From positions 1 to 64,000 of the forward strand of contig CDROCS010004875.1 in NCBI GenBank assembly GCA_977020255.1: 64,000 bases of DNA, given 5' to 3'. The stretch comes from Obrimoposthia wandeli (taxonomy: Eukaryota). Shown here piece after piece: positions 1 to 12,200 of the stretch (within the stretch, counting starts at the first letter, position 1; the number at the start of each line of letters is the position of its first letter). The notes below the pieces were generated by a model, which saw nothing but the letters and a program-made list of their open reading frames with translations, was not told the DNA's origin and did no database searches. Position numbers and translations under genes: made by a program.

Positions 1-689
1 CTATCTGTATACTGATTATTCGGTCTCCGTGGCTGTGAGTATATCCACCACCTCTGTTATTCCATGGCGGAGGTGAATTATATCTCTATAATTATTTCCA
101 AAATTATTATTACCGAAATTGTTCCAAATCTGTTAGTTCGAACTCTTTACTTCTCGTACAATCTCTCCGAATAGTGACCCATTTGTTTACACATTAGACA
201 ACATTATTCTCCCTCGAATATCTATCTTATTTTGTTCATCTTCGAACTGTACTCGACGACTAATTCTGTCTATTATCATAGCGTCCTCTAAAATCATTTC
301 TTTGGAAGTCGATTCAAAAGCAACTTCCTCGATTATTGAATCTTCCGTCACTACTTCCTGTATTATTTCCAAATCGAGAGTCGCTTCGCTCTCCTCTGTT
401 TTGCTTATAATTCCTATCGTCTCCTCTCCAAGGTTGGCGATTTCTGGATATCTCTAATAAATCTATTCCTGGAATCATCTCTATTTCTATTCACGAATCA
501 TTACTATTTCTACCTCTTGAATCATCTCGATTCCTGTTCCAAGACTCACTGTTATTTCTACCTCTCGAATCATCTCGATTCCTACTTCGAGAAGGAAGTA
601 TCTCTGTTTCCGTTACTGGATTCATCTACTTTCAAACTTATTTTGTCCATAATTTCGATTCTGAAAATTACTCGGTTCTGTTTATTCAC

Positions 690-1373
690 GAATACCTTTT
701 GTCTTATCGTCGTCTGCAGTCATTGCGTAAATTGCAATGCTGCGTTATTTTTACTATATTTTTCTCAATCTCTCTCGCCTTTCGCACGGCGTTATCAAAA
801 TCATTTGTATCCGATACTAATAACACTTTAATATCTTTTTTCAATCCTCCTCTAAATATATCTAACAAAACCTCTGCCATTTCATTTTGGTTCGGTCATT
901 TTCCGCTACTTGTGCTTCTTGAGCTACAGGAATACCAGGTTCTCATTATTCTTCTTGGGTACGCTCTTGCAGCCAGGTTCTCAAAGCTGTACGCGTATTC
1001 ATTCACGCCTTCGTCATGTTTCTGTTTCCGTTCTCTCATGAGTCGCTTATTTACTTTGGCTAAGTCTCCTAATACCAATTTTCCAATAAAAAGCATTTTC
1101 AACGTTGGCCAGTCTAAACGTTCTGCTTCTGTCAAATGTTTATACACTTCAAGTGCTAATCTGGTTAAAGTGTGCCTGTACTCGGACACATTTTTTCTTT
1201 ATCGTTCCATCATGAACATCTGCACAACTCGAATATTCTGCGAGGAAGTCACAAATACTTTCCTCATCTCCTTTAAACTTTGTAATCTGCAATGATCTGA
1301 AAAGTTGGGTCTCAACGTCATTTAAGGCTTGTGCCAACTGCTCGGCATTCATGTCACCTACATTCTGCTGCAT
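690..1373 (-). pseudogene. gag: Retrotransposon gag (capsid-like), broken by frameshifts and stops
   Basis: ORFs 1149-1373 (KFKGDEESICDFLAEYSSCADVH) and 896-1189 (WPTLKMLF...RERKQKHDEGVNEYAYSFENLAARAYP) resemble Retrotrans_gag. FDNAVRKAREIEK near 760-800 resembles the capsid C-terminal helix. An R/N/D-rich low-complexity tract follows at 450-600. Confidence 0.7.
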
Positions 1374-1788
1374 TATTATCTTGAGCTCTGGAAGTGAGCC
1401 ATATCTTCAATTATATCCTCTTCAACTATTTCTTCAATATTATTCAGGTGAACTTCCTCAATCACCTGGATTAGCTTATTTCAAAATTCTTCTGGGTTTA
1501 TGTCACCAAATAATTCAGTCAAATAAAAGCTGTCGGTTGAAACCGCTGATTGATTAACGTCTCTTTCTGATACGTTTTCTTCGACTCTAGTCTTTTCTGT
1601 TACTTTGTTATCTGTTTGGGGAACCTGTTCAAGTCGGTTAACTTTATTATTATTTATCTCTTCCTGGGAATCTGACTTTGTCTTCTAGTATTATACGCGG
1701 GTCCTTTTCTATTATCCGTTGTCTTATCAATTATGTATTCGTTTACGATATCAATTTACTTATTATTTTATCTTATTTCACAATTCTT

Positions 1789-2121
1789 ATTTTACGATTT
1801 TTTATCTCTTTAATTAGTTCGAGGACACGTCTCCCGACTTAACCTATTCAATTAATTACTTCGAGTATCAATCCACTCGATTCTCACTTTATCAAATTTA
1901 TTTACGATTTTTTATCTCTTTAATTAGTTCGAGGACACGTCTCCCGACTTAACCTATTCAATTAATTACTTCGAGTATCAATCCACTCGATTCTCACTTT
2001 ATCAAATTTATTTACGATTTTTTATCTCTTTAATTAGTTCGAGGACACAGTCTCCCGACTTAACCTATTCAATTAATTACTTCGAGTATCAATCCACTCG
2101 ATTCTCACTTTATCAAATTTA
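1789..2121. repeat. Three near-perfect tandem copies of a 110-bp unit in the retroelement leader
   Basis: tttacgattttttatctctt starts at 1791, 1901 and 2011. Confidence 0.95.
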
Positions 2122-2164
2122 CTGACTCGAGGAACAAATCTACTCGATTTCTCAAAAAACTTAT

Positions 2165-2450
2165 CTCAATTTACTTATATCTTCTTCTGAAACTTATTCT
2201 AAATTTGCTTATATCTTCTTCTGAAACTTATTCTCAATTGTCTATATTCTTCTGCTGAAACTTATTCTCAATTTATCTGAAACTTATTCTCAATATCTGA
2301 ACTTATTCTATTTACCTGAAACTTATTCTCAATTATCTGAAACTTATTCTCAATATCTGAACTTATTCTATTTACCTGAAACTTATTCTCAATATCTGAA
2401 CTTATTCTATTTACCTGAAACTTATTCTCAATTATCTGAAACTTATTCTA
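2165..2450. repeat. Degenerate ~20-bp tandem array (CTGAAACTTATTCTCAATTAT-like)
   Basis: ctgaaacttattct recurs about every 19-22 nt. Confidence 0.9.
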
Positions 2451-2476
2451 CGTGAATTCGCTGTGTCCGACGAGCT

Positions 2477-2495
2477 ATCCTCACTCGGGGCACCA
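2477..2495 (-). promoter_or_regulatory. Primer-binding site complementary to the 3' end of elongator tRNA-Met
   Basis: Minus strand reads TGGTGCCCCGAGTGAGGAT, 8 nt inside the LTR end. The vertebrate elongator tRNA-Met 3' end as I recall it (ATCCTCACACGGGGCACCA) matches 18/19. Confidence 0.8.
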
Positions 2496-3169
2496 CTTTA
2501 ATATGTTGGGGTTTCTATACGAGACTTGTATAGATCCTCTGGTGTGCAGAGGGCCCCAACGTGAGTTCGAAAAGAAGTAGGTCTTAAAGTTGGTCGTGGC
2601 CTACTTAGTGTTATGGTTGCCTATCTCTATTTCTTATCTGAAGGTGTTTGGTTTGACGTCTGTTGTTCTGAAGGGTTTAAAACAACGTTTTCTAATGTAG
2701 GAAATCGTTTATTGGTAGCACACTAAACTAAGACACAACAATACGTTTACGTACGTATTTTCTAAAAAGTATAGTAAAAATTCCTAAGACTTCTGTAAGT
2801 CTCTACAACAAGTGGGGATGAACCACGTATCGATTTTACTTTCGGGGTGATCGAGATTTTAGAGTTATTCCTCTGACTCGAGAATAAGCTCACGTTACAG
2901 ATTTTTCAACAATTTAACTCTGCTATCGGCTTGAACTTTTGAGGTTAAACCTTTATTCTTATGTCAATAAAGGTGAGAATGCAAAAACTTCTTTTTAAGT
3001 TGGGTAATTTATAACACAACTCTTTTAAAACTTTCTTTCAACTTGGACAAAAACTTAAATCGTGTTGACACTTATTGTAGGGTAAAGCTTTCTTTAATTT
3101 GGATAACTTTATATTGTTACGAATTCAGACGCGAATTGTCAACTCTGGACAATGTATGCGAATTAAATT

Positions 3170-3806
3170 TAGATGAACGAATTGTCAACTTCGGACAATG
3201 TATGAGAATGAACGAATTGTCAACTTCGGACAATGTATGAGAATGAACGAATTGTCAATTTCGGACAATGTATGAGAATGAACGAATTGTCAACTTCGGA
3301 CAATGAATGAGAATGAACGAATTGTCAACTTCGGACAATGTATGAGAATGAACGAATTGTCAACTTCGGACAATGAATGAGAATGAATGAATTGTCAACT
3401 TCGGACAATGAATGAGAATGAATGAATTGTCAACTTCGGACAATGTATGAGAATGAACGAATTGTCAACTTCGGACAATGAATGAGAATGAACGAATTGT
3501 CAACTTCGGACAATGCATGAGAATGAACAAATTGTCAACTTCGGACAATGAATGAGAATGAATGAATTGTCAACTTCGGACAATGAATGAGAATGAATGA
3601 ATTGTCAACTTCGGACAATGTATGAGAATGAACGAATTGTCAATTTCGGACAATGAATGAGAATGAACGAATTTTCAACTTCGGACAATGTATGAGAATG
3701 AACGAATTGTCAACTTCGGACAATGAATGAGAATGAACGAATTGTCAACTTCGGACAATGAATGAGAATGAACGAATTGTCAACTTCGGACAATGTATGA
3801 GAATGA
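3170..3806. repeat. 35-bp tandem array (~18 copies), each unit with an ATTGTC-N7-GACAAT inverted repeat
   Basis: Unit GAATGAACGAATTGTCAACTTCGGACAATGTATGA; attgtc at 3181, 3216 and onward. Confidence 0.97.
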
Positions 3807-4061
3807 ATTTATATGACTCGTCTCACCTATCCTATCCTAGTGCTATTCCGAGGTCTAGATCCGTGGAACTGTCAGAGGGCTGGCTCTGTTTGAATCCTTC
3901 AGTGGCGAGTTGGTCGGAGAGATGTCTGTCAATCCGAATTTTATTATCAATGCTATTTTATCGACGTGAAATTTGCGTAATTACCTTTGGTTCTTCTGGA
4001 AATAGTGAACGAATTGTCAATTTGGTGGCTTTTGATTTCTTAGCTTTAGTTTATCAACGTT

Positions 4062-4440
4062 CTAGTTTCTCAACGTTTTAGTTTCTCAACGTTTTAGTTT
4101 CTCAACGTTTTAGTTTCTCAACGTTTTGGTTTCTCAACGTTTTAGTTTCTCAACGTTTTAGTTTCTCAATTAGTTTCTCAACGTTTTAGTTTCTCAATTA
4201 GTTTCTCCACGTTTTAGTTTCTCAACGTTTTAGTTTCTCAATTAGTTTCTCAACGTTTTAGTTTCTCAACGTTTTGGTTTCTCAACGTTTTAGTTTCTCA
4301 ACGTTTTAGTTTCTCAATTAGTTTCTCAACGTTTTAGTTTCTCAATTAGTTTCTCCACGTTTTAGTTTCTCAACGTTTTAGTTTCTCAACGTTTTAGTTT
4401 CTCAACGTTTTAGTTTCTCAATTAGTTTCTCCACGTTTTT
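4062..4440. repeat. 16-bp tandem array (GTTTTAGTTTCTCAAC) with shorter deletion variants
   Basis: Visible periodicity, more than 20 units. Confidence 0.95.
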
Positions 4441-5090
4441 GAATTGCTATGGCGTAGACTTATATAGTCTCAGCCTTATTGCTTCCTGTCACTCAATCGC
4501 TGGCAGCTGCAAATTCCACTCAGGTCTCTGTTGGGGATTTACTGCTTCCTGTCACTCAATCTTGGGCAGCTGAAATAAAGTAAACGATTCAATCAATAAT
4601 CGTAACTTACAGCGATTTCTTCTCGACAATTAATTTCCTTGATTTCTTTTTGATTACTTGATTAATTAATTTTTTGCTTGCCATCTTTTTCCTTTTCAGA
4701 TTAACTTATATACATAACACATCATACACGACCTTCGTGGTCCTCTCAATATTTAATCTTATTTAAACTTAATAATTTTAATTTTGATTTTTAAAATTTA
4801 TTAAATTAAATTCTAACCTTGCTTTCAAGGATTTTCATTTCACTATAAAACCAATTTATTATTTTAATTTTTTAATTCCTAAACCTAACATAATGAAATA
4901 ATTCTTCAAATGCAGGTACGATCAAGAATGTACAAGGATTCTGATTTTAGGGTTATTTAATTAATTATAATGAAATAATTCTTCAAATGCAGGTACGATC
5001 AAGGATGTACATAAGAGTTACATATGTGCTTGTTTTTTTTCTGGTTGGGGTGAACAGTATTTTGAGCCTAATCATATTTAATTCATATAC

Positions 5091-6363
5091 GAATCGAATG
5101 ATTTCAGCTTGTAGAACATCCAATATTAATTGAACGACCCTGAAATATCATCCCGTTATACCAGGGAGTCCTACTGACAGGATTTTCCCGATGACAACAT
5201 GACAAAACAAAAGCGATGCTAATATTTTTGATTCAATTGTGTATTAATACAGTTCTTTTTTCAATCATTGACTTGTGCATGATTATTTAGGGAAGGTGCT
5301 GTTGGTTTATTTGGAATAGATAAAGCTATCTCAATCTGCAGTTGTAGAATCATAAGGAGGGTTCTGCTATAATTTGAAGACTATTCAAAGTTATTGATGT
5401 CATTGATTGATTACAAATTAATTCTGTATATTTTACTGTTCGAACGGTTTTGGAATATAATTTTGTTTTTTTATTATTTACATTTCATCTACTTAACTTT
5501 CTGAAACTAAGTGTTGGAATGCCATTCAACATGATTTTTTTATTGAACATTAATATTATTAATATACATTCTTTTATTTTTCCAAAGATAGAAGAATGCA
5601 TTTTTGTGAAAGTAAATGAAAGAAAAAATTAAACAACTCTTTGGCTATTTTGGTTGTTAAGGATTCTCAAAGCTATGGAAGATTCTCGAATTTTACCCTG
5701 AATAATTTTTTCATAAAAACAATCCAGATTATTTCAATTTTAAATATGAAATTGTTTAAATATATTTGTTTTGCAAATATTCAAATAATACACCTTCAGT
5801 TAGTATTACGAACTTAGTAAGTGTCAATTTATTGTTTATTTTCTAATCTTATTTAGATAAACAAGGGATAAAATTAGCCGTACGAAGGTCAATATGAATA
5901 GAACTTCAGAAAATTCTTCTCAACCTATCGATTTCTCGAAATCAAAAGTTCGCGATATGCAGAATACAGAATCTGTGGATGTTACTTGTAATTGTTGCCA
6001 GACAACCCAGACAGTGTTGCTCCCACGACACCAAGGAAACGCCCCATCGATACATAGTAAAGAGCTTACGGTAAACGAAAAAAAATTTCTTGTTATGATT
6101 GGGGGGTATTGGGTTTTGACACTAATCCTTTTTAATTCATGTGCGTATCGAATGTTTTTAGCTTGTAGAACATCCAATATTAATTGAACGACCCTGAAAT
6201 ATCATCCCGTTATACCAGGGAGTCCTACTGACAGGATTTTCCCGATGACAGCATGACAAAACAAAAGCGATGCTAATATTTTTGATTCAATTGTGTATTA
6301 ATACAGTTCTTTTTTCAATCATTGACTTGTGCATGATTATTTAGGGAAGGTGCTGTTGGTTTA
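5091..6363. repeat. Dispersed direct duplication of ~215 bp (5091-5310 and 6146-6363)
   Basis: Near-identical block gcttgtagaacatccaatattaattgaacgaccc...gggaaggtgctgttggtttat in both places. Confidence 0.9.
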
Positions 6364-8182
6364 TCTTGATAATTAAATTTATTTATGTGTACATTTTAAT
6401 TCAATTTTTACCAGGATATTCTGGCTTAATAAATTTAAATGTTGCTAATGCATATGTTGTGTTTAATATACGAGCTGCATCGCATATTATCGAAACATGT
6501 CAATTAATTAACACAATTTTATAATTACTATTTCCTGAAAATTTTTTACTAATATTCAGAGAATTCTGCATAATAAAATCAATATGAAATTTAACATCAC
6601 CAAATAAATTATGTTTTTTAATTTTCCGATAAAACTGATATTTAAATCGAAAATTTATTCTTATGGTGCACAACTTAAGATAATGCATAAATAACATTAT
6701 TTATTAGCTAATAAATTTAACTGTTGACGTGTTTTTAAATACATATTTGTGATTATGCAATTTGTATAATCAATATATGCATGTGTGTAATAAACTTACA
6801 TGCATATTATCGAAATATTCTAAATTTCATTATTACAACACAATTTACTACAAAGTAACAGCAAATTATATTGATATCACAAATTATAATTATCCTAAAA
6901 GATTTTAGTAATAACTTCGATTTAGCGTAGTTTGAAAGAAACTATAATTGTTTATTTAAGTCAGAGTTGTAACAAATGTAACTGCATTTTTAAAATTCTA
7001 AATTAATTACTGAATAATTTTACGTATCAAAGCTTCAAATTCAAAGATTTTATCAAAGAATTTATGAATTTGACATTAAAATTTTGCTATAAAAATCTGT
7101 TATTTAAATAAAAATGTATTGTTTTTTCTTTTGTTACATCACTTAAGATAAAGAGAAACCTTAAAAAATATTATTTTATTATCAAACACCACCGTATCAT
7201 AAGTCATCAATGAACAATGAAATCAGATATTTAACTTTCATAACATTCATTTTCTTCAAAGCAATGTAATAATTATTATAAATGAACTTTTGGAAATATA
7301 AATACAACAATGATAGTACATGTATCTGTATCTTATTTTCAAAATGATTTGCTATTCAACTATTGATTTGCTCACTCTGCTTAATTCTTACACGTAGTGA
7401 TGCACAATTATTCATCGACTTTTTGGTTTGTTTGTTTAGCGTTTGTTACAATGTCCTACAATCTCGGGTATTATGATATTTTATATTTATAAAAAGAAAG
7501 TTTGTTTATTTCTTTTGATACACCCCGTATATTAAATAACTGTCGATGTGGTTTTAATAGATATTCTGATTTTGCAATTGGTAGAATTTTTAAATAAAAT
7601 CAATTAAAAAAAAATAATATTTTAAAGTCTTTTTAGTCATTTTATGATAAAAAATAATTTGTAGAAATATAATTCCATAACAGGACCTACATAGCGATAT
7701 CTGTACAGATACTATCATGTTAACAAATATTTTTCAAAAATTACGTTTAAATATTCTTAAAACGTTGCATATTATGTTGATCAGTATGATAATAGGTTTA
7801 AAATCATCTTCATATGGGCTGGATGTAAATACCTAAAATCTTTTGATATTATCGCTGTAGCAAGTTTTACTCAAATATTCCCATTTAATTATATGAACGA
7901 TGCCTACACATATGGAGTCTACTTAATAAATACATGTAGATAGTTTTGATATATTGCATCTTTATATAATATATTGGATTATTGAATAATACAAAACTCT
8001 CAAGACCAAAACGTTTATGTAAAGAAAACTCTAATAAGAACAGGAGATATATTTAGACGATGGGTATGATGAATCAGACCTGTAATATTTTAAGAATCAA
8101 AGTGACTCAGCACTAAAATAATAGGTTTAAAATTATCTTCATATGGAATGGATGAAAAATACCCAAAATCCTTTGATATTAT

Positions 8183-8250
8183 GTGGATGTGTCCGGTCTA
8201 ATTCACACCCCCTGTCCTTTAAAACTGTGTATGTGTGTGGAGTGAAATTT
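8183..8250 (+). repeat. Left TIR of Polinton A (terminal AGTAG missing)
   Basis: Reverse complement of 16092-16167 apart from a few substitutions and an 8-bp C-run deletion. Confidence 0.85.
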
Positions 8251-8454
8251 TCTACCCCGCCCACCCAACACTCAAAAACTAATTAATCTCATATAACACC
8301 CTTTAAAATTGAAAATCTCATAATGCTCCCAAAAAAGTGAGGAAGGTCCTGGGAGGCCGTTTAGTGGGCCAAAGCGTGCCCTCCGGGCCCGCAGTGGTTT
8401 GACGAGCAACACTTACAGGGTCGCGAAAATTGTTTAAAAGAGTTTAAAAGCAGC

Positions 8455-8640
8455 TGCCCGTTCTTCACATTCGTTTTGGCACCAGACTTTGATATAAACC
8501 AATGCCAACTACCAAAGGAAGGAAATTTACGACTAGAAATTAAGTTCAATGCAGCTTTAACACATCCTACTACGGTGCTTATTTACGGAGTATTTGATTC
8601 GGAAATACAAATAAATAAAAACAGAACTGTCATATTATAA
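8455..8640 (+). pseudogene. C-terminal fragment of Polinton major capsid protein (double jelly-roll, PY)
   Basis: CPFFTFVLAPDFDINQCQLPKEGNLRLEIKFNAALTHPTTVLIYGVFDSEIQINKNRTVIL* fits the Polinton MCP C-terminal pattern (F..DL.PD...GNLRLEIKF..AL....YAEFD..IEI...R.V). Confidence 0.85.
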
Positions 8641-8641
8641 A

Positions 8642-9020
8642 ATGGAGTAAGACATATTTTAAATTTATATTTATTAATTTTATTTAGTTCAAAACAAGTA
8701 AAAGAATCAGCAGAGAAGGTCCTGGGTGATAAATTCAATGGAGTTTATCCTATTGATATGATTCCATTTTTTCAATCTGGAGGTTACATTATCAATACTC
8801 ATACTTCGAATTTACCAGGATAACATTGGATAGCTATTATGTTAGAGAGTGGACAATACATGTATTTGATCCACTTGCAATGTATTATCCACACAAACTT
8901 GTTTCAACTATTCAAAAAGGACGAAGAAGAGTATTTTACAACAAGATACAATATCAGGATCCTGCGACGAGAAACTGTGGACATTTATGTATTTTATGGT
9001 TATCGTTGCAAAACAATTAG
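8642..9020 (+). pseudogene. Polinton adenain-like maturation cysteine protease with a 41-nt intron; one stop and one frameshift
   Basis: ATG GA | intron 8647-8687 (gtaaga...tttag) | T TCA gives MDSKQVKESAEKVLGDKFNGVYPIDMIP...IINTHTSNLPG*HWIAI...FDPL...QYQDPATRNCGHLC, with catalytic H, D, Q and C motifs present. ATG lies 1 nt after the MCP stop. Confidence 0.88.
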
Positions 9021-9279
9021 TGTGTTATAAAAATAAAAATTTTAAATGTTTTATTTTGAATTATTTTTTAAATCTCTAAAAATATAAGGGTAAAATAATA
9101 TAAGGCAATAGACATTTTTTTAATACATTTATTAATCACAACATCACAATGAGATATGTCAGCAAAGATAAGGTCCATCCTAAAAAAGTATTGAAATAAC
9201 AAATAAGTTAGAGTCTAGGTGCCATAGGGATCTAAAATTTAAAAAAACTAAACTAAAAAAATCAAAAAATGAAAACTGT

Positions 9280-12200
9280 TTAAATTCTGAAGTGTCCATA
9301 AGCCAGGCTAGCGTTCTTTTCTACCCAAAAGCGCTTGTCGTCATTACTACTCAAAGCGATTTTGGTTGATTTATGGGAATACAGTTGATGGGCTCTTGAA
9401 ATAAATCTAGTTTGCCCAACGCTTTCAATACACCCAGTATCATAAACTTTCCGGTAGGCCTCATGTGTAAGATTGTTTCTTCCCACACCCTTTGCTCTCA
9501 TTGAACATGTATTATTAGATGCATGTAAACTGTAGCATTTAGGGCGTAGAAAAATACAATCATCATACGAAACCTGTCCCTCGCTTTCATCCTTAAATTT
9601 CCCGATAATGTCCTTTAAATTCATAGAGTGTAGAGGATGGTTAGCGGGATATTTATGGGTATCTAGTAAGTTGTCCCAAACATTGCTGGTAATAATTGAT
9701 TATTTAAACTAACATTCCTACATTCTAAAAAGAAAGAGTCAGTGTCCCCAGCTGCGATTTTAATCTCACAATTAAATTCTTGTCGGTATTTCTCCAATTC
9801 TATGTATTGAAGCTCATACATTCTGAGTTTAGAAATGTCTAAAACCGTTTGACCTATATAACTCGGTCGATCGAGACAAATACTCTGTTTTCCTAATAAC
9901 ACTGCTACCAAGTCATCTGCAATTGTAAAACTACGCTTGAAGTTGTACTTGCTAGTATATGTTATTAGTTTACGCTTATCATTGCAAAACCGTAGACAAA
10001 TACGTTTCCGCAAGTCCTCTACAGTTTTTCCAAAGAGACTATTACTTTTTAACTTGTAAAAATCTCTATCGAATTTGCTAGTGGCCAAATTACGTTTTCT
10101 TGAATTCTTCTCAATATAGTCTTTAAACACAAAGTTTTGACTGAAGCTTATAGCACGATGAATTCGAGTAACTTTCGCTCCCAACTTTAAGTAGAATTGA
10201 AGAAGCCGCCAATGCACAACATAATTCAACTTGTTTTCATGGGTTAACAATAATTTCTTAACCTTTGAATTAGGTGGGCATTGATGAACAGGCGCTACTG
10301 GAAGATCATCTAATTTATCATGCACATTGGGAAGGATTTTTATGTCCACCTCAACCAAATAGCCGACGTCGGATGAAACTGTATCAACAGTAGCCAAATC
10401 TGTCATCAACTTATTCAACTGATCCACATCATAAACCCACTTAAAGTTGGCATGAGGTAGAATTGAGTAAGCGCCCACCCATACAAATTATTAATATCGA
10501 TGTACAGAATCTCTGTGGATTGATTTTTGACAACATGATGTTTGTTGACAAAAGTCATTCCACCGCGTATACCATAATCATACATTTGATACATCGCGGG
10601 ATCTTGCAGTAACTCGATATTTGTTTTCCTAATAACACTGCTACCAAGTCATCTGCAATTGTAAAACTACGCTTGAAAACTACGCTTGAAGTTGTACTTG
10701 CTAGTATATGTTATTAGTTTACGCTCATCATTGCAAAACCGTAGACAAATACGTTTCTGCAAGTCCTCTACAGTTTTTCCAAAGAGACTATTACTTTTTA
10801 ACTTGTAAAAATCTCGATAAATTTGCTAGTGGCCAAATTACGTTTTCTTGAATTCTTCTCAATATAGTCTTTAAACACAAAGTTTTGACTGAAGAGTTTT
10901 TATTGCTGTTGCCCATGAAAGACCAGGTAAACTAAAGAAATGCATGGGATCTAGCCCATCTTCTCCTAAAGACTTTACACGAAAGGACTCAAAAACATCA
11001 GCTAAAAGATAAATGTCTAACTTCATATAATAAAGCATATATTCGAGAAGATTTCAACAATTATTCACCCAAAATGTACGGGCCTCATTATCGTCTTGAA
11101 GACTTACACCCTCAAATTCAGTTATGGGTGGGATTTCAGTTGTATTTTCTAAATCTGCGAAAGTTTTCGCAAATTTATACGGAAAAATCCCCTTATCGTT
11201 AACCGAAGCTGGGAACACTGACTGTGTAATTGGCCATGCATTTAAAGATGCCGTTAAATTTTTTAAAGACCCGCTCAAAAACTGTAGAGAATCTATGAAT
11301 CTTAAACTGCAGAATTCAGTATATGCAGTTAAAGATAAATATTTGAAGTTTGAGGTATACATGAAATTTCCCAAGAGCTTAATGTACCCAACGCGTATTT
11401 AAGTATATGATGCAAATCATATCCTTTGAGGTTATGAAACACGATGGGAATGCGTGGTTTTTTATGGAGACGACGGCCAATTTACAAAGGTTGCACGCCG
11501 CTCCCAAGTATCGCCCCGTAACATGATCGTGATCTCTGACTAACTTAGACTGGGTTCCACACAAATAACATAATCTACAAGAATTAAAATTAACCCAGTC
11601 TATGCCTGTCATGATCATTGCTTGATGAGCATTGAGATCATACCACGGTTTGACAATTGTTGTTCCTAATTCCTCTAATTTTAACATAAAATCTAAAATA
11701 CAATTTGAACCGGAAAATTTATGATACTGGGTAATATTGGGGCCTAAGAATAGTAGTCCTGCCGAAGCCGGTAGGTGAATACTCTCATACTGGTCGTGCA
11801 ATGCTAAAATTGACTCAAAATCTGCATACACCCTGAATTCCACGGGTATGCATTTTGCCCAATCCCTGAATTTTAAATCCTTATCCTTAGGCATGCTATA
11901 TAGCGTATTGTCATCAGGATTCAGTGAACATAATTTCAAATGTTTGCTGTAAGAGAGCTCGGATCGGAACCCATGCAAACATCTATGACACCACTTACAC
12001 CTTATCCTAACCGGTAAGGCTCCATTATCTAAATTTAGAAGACGATCTAAACTGGGAATTGCAGCATAATGGAATTTATTATTCTGTTCTAGCAAAATTA
12101 AGTTGACCTGAGTCACCTCATTTTTGCTCCTATAAATTACATCTACAAAGGGATTTTTAAAAATTTCTTCATCTGTTACATTAACTGGGATATCAGTATT

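Larger units (their letters stand above)
1..4719 (-). mobile_element. 5' part of a Ty3/gypsy-like LTR retrotransposon (5' LTR, PBS, repeat-rich leader, degenerate gag); continues beyond window start
   Basis: On the minus strand the order is LTR ending ...CCCCAACA (2504), tRNA PBS (2495-2477), leader, then gag-like ORF fragments. The outer LTR boundary at 4719 (minus-strand TGTTATG) is a guess. Confidence 0.75.
2504..4719 (-). repeat. Putative ~2.2-kb 5' LTR with a TATA-like box and two internal tandem arrays
   Basis: Ends ...AACA next to the PBS. Minus-strand CTATATAAGT at about 4458-4467 and AATAAA at about 3950-3955. No second LTR is in the window to confirm the boundary. Confidence 0.55.

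Noticed and set aside
699-1295. 198-aa plus-strand ORF (also 11124-11402, 15494-15892 and 45642-45935)
   Set aside because: Antisense shadows of real minus-strand coding regions (gag, polB, basic ORF, CaMKII linker).
2477-2495. tRNA gene
   Set aside because: Only the 3' 19 nt including CCA match; this is a PBS with no cloverleaf.
3170-3806. CRISPR-like array (35-bp palindromic repeat)
   Set aside because: Units are head-to-tail with no unique spacers, there are no cas genes, and the context is a eukaryotic LTR.
5894-6187. ORFs on both strands as a host gene
   Set aside because: No recognisable motif or consistent splice pattern; overlaps a duplicated block.
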